DNA of 64,000 nt. Origin: Diadema antillarum. Lineage: Eukaryota. The stretch spans positions 496,001 through 560,000 of the forward strand of contig NW_027271046.1 of the NCBI RefSeq assembly GCF_040938485.1, given 5' to 3'. Position 1 is the stretch's first letter. The number at the start of each line of letters is the position of its first letter. Position numbers and translations under genes: made by a program. This document shows, piece by piece, positions 62,276-64,000 of this stretch. Below the pieces are notes generated by a model that was given only the letters and a program-made list of their open reading frames with translations, was not told the DNA's origin and searched no databases.

Positions 62276-63519
62276 AAAAAATAATAAAAAATGACTGTTT
62301 CAAGTCGATAAAACATGCAAAAAACTTGCATCAAATTATTCACTATTTACAACATCAAAATGCAAAAAGTGCTCACCGTGGGAGGGGGACACCCACATCC
62401 TCCCACTCGCTCACTCTTATCGCTCTTGCTTGGCCGCGTTCATGATATTCAGTGTAAATATTAAAACAGGAAGTTTATTTGGATGATACTATTTTACGGG
62501 CAAATTGTTCATTAATAATCTACATCAAAATTTACTGCTACCCTTAAACAAGTGGGACTGTTTCAAGTCGATAAAACATGCATCAAATTGCACCATTTAC
62601 AACATCAAAATGCAATTTCAGTTCTAAGAGTGGGAGGAGGGGGGGGGGACAACAGGTACTTCTACATCCTCCTCCCCCCCCCCCCCCCCCCAAAGATAAA
62701 ATCCTAGCTACGCCGCGCCGGTGCCCTTTCCCCGTTTGGTTTCCCTCAAAAAACAGTAAAAGTCTAGGGATTGAGAGCTTCCTATCATATTCCAAATGTC
62801 TGTCCAAAAAATCTCGTTACATTTTAGTGTCAAAACGCACCCCCCTTGAAAAAAAGCTGGTGACGCCCCTGGTTTTGTATGATATTATGTTATTATAACA
62901 CTGGAGGCGGCGAACTACGCGAGGTGACACAAATCTCTCACTCTTGGATAAATGTCAAGTAAAATTGATGCTTTTGGAGAAATTGAACATATTGATTATA
63001 ACAGGAGATTTACCGATATTTCTTAATTGATCACTGTGAACATAATTATGTAACACCTGGAGATAAGGTAAAAGTGCAACTGATTTTTTTTTTTAATGTT
63101 CAACTCCAAACCCTTCCGTTGGTAAGAAGCTGCCATCATTCCCCCTATCATAGTCCCTGTTAATAATGTTCTGCTGGAGTTTTACTCTGATTTGATGCTT
63201 GCGGCTCACCAGCCCATTGACTCCTATGATCTGTATCATTCTCCTTTAGTGTCCTTTTATCATCTCCACATTCCTCACAACTGTTCAACCCCTTATAGGA
63301 TCTATCATACTGTGATTCACTTTTATGCATGACAACATACACGGTTAACAAAGGCGTTGTTTAAATAGATCTTCCAAGACATTCTGCTTATAGGCGATTA
63401 AAGGAGGCTATGAGGAGGCTGTTGACTTAAAAAAAAAAATCATTCGACTGGAGCAGCAAGATATAGCAAGCCCAGTCCTGGAATGAAAGTGAACTCAACC
63501 ACCTGGAGAAGGAATGAAA

Positions 63520-63660
63520 TAGCTATGTGAATAGTAAGCGAGTGAATGAACAATCTGAAAGGAAAACTTGACCAACAGGAGCAATCTATATACTCCAAAA
63601 AGAAGCTGTGTCTGGTAATTCGGATCTTCGGCGTCCCTGAAAATACGAAGTGTCCATGAG
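63520..63660 (+). pseudogene. Degenerate LINE ORF1 fragment (CR1/L2/L1-type)
   Basis: Frame-broken LKGKLDQQEQ.YSKK..(L)RIFGVPEN resembles the EQYSR.N.LRI.G.PE ORF1 motif. Confidence 0.45.
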
Positions 63661-63861
63661 CCGTTTTAATTTTTAGAAAATTACCTCTGATCTATAGTTC
63701 TCCTAATAAGATCAGTGACTTCCACTCATATGCAAATGCAGCAAGATTTCCCAACATAAAAGCGTTTTGTTACGTCATCTGTGTCATGACCAGGTCAAAC
63801 TGCGGCACACACTTTATTGTAGTGCGGGTATGCAAACCTAAAGACCCTGTGTAGAGCCCAT

Positions 63862-64000
63862 GTCAAAAATCGACCACCAATGTCGTATTAGCAACCACTA
63901 ATGTCATATAACACGTCGAAGACAAATGTCAAAATGACCACAAATGTCATAACACGTCGACTACAAATGTCAAAACACGTCGACCACGAATGTCAAAAAT
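63862..64000. repeat. Short-unit minisatellite (cgac...aatgtca)
   Basis: Recurring cacgtcgac/aaatgtcaaaa units running to the window edge. Confidence 0.7.

Overview
Animal genomic DNA, probably echinoderm/sea-urchin-like (inferred from repeat families and the olfactomedin type), with two assembly gaps. Two complete spliced genes on the minus strand were rebuilt exon by exon with GT-AG boundaries and consistent frame. One is a secreted olfactomedin-domain protein (noelin/amassin-like; 10 coding exons, 10777->909, about 521 aa). The other is cohesin subunit SA (STAG1/2/Scc3; 26 coding exons including a 19-nt microexon, 50952->21847, 1258 aa), with a possible alternative last exon at 17800-17826. 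Introns and intergenic DNA are dense with mobile elements. These include a Penelope-like retroelement fragment (GIY-YIG remnant) flanked by 100-bp inverted repeats that each carry a minimal hammerhead ribozyme, and a decayed Crypton-type tyrosine-recombinase relic interrupted by a small insertion and followed by a solo LTR. Also present are Helentron-type (HINE/DINE-like) elements, piggyBac-, Kolobok-, pogo-, Harbinger- and hAT-like MITEs (two with unusual 6-bp target duplications), tRNA-derived SINEs, minisatellites and an Asp-rich low-complexity ORF. All calls were made by eye; no database search was run.
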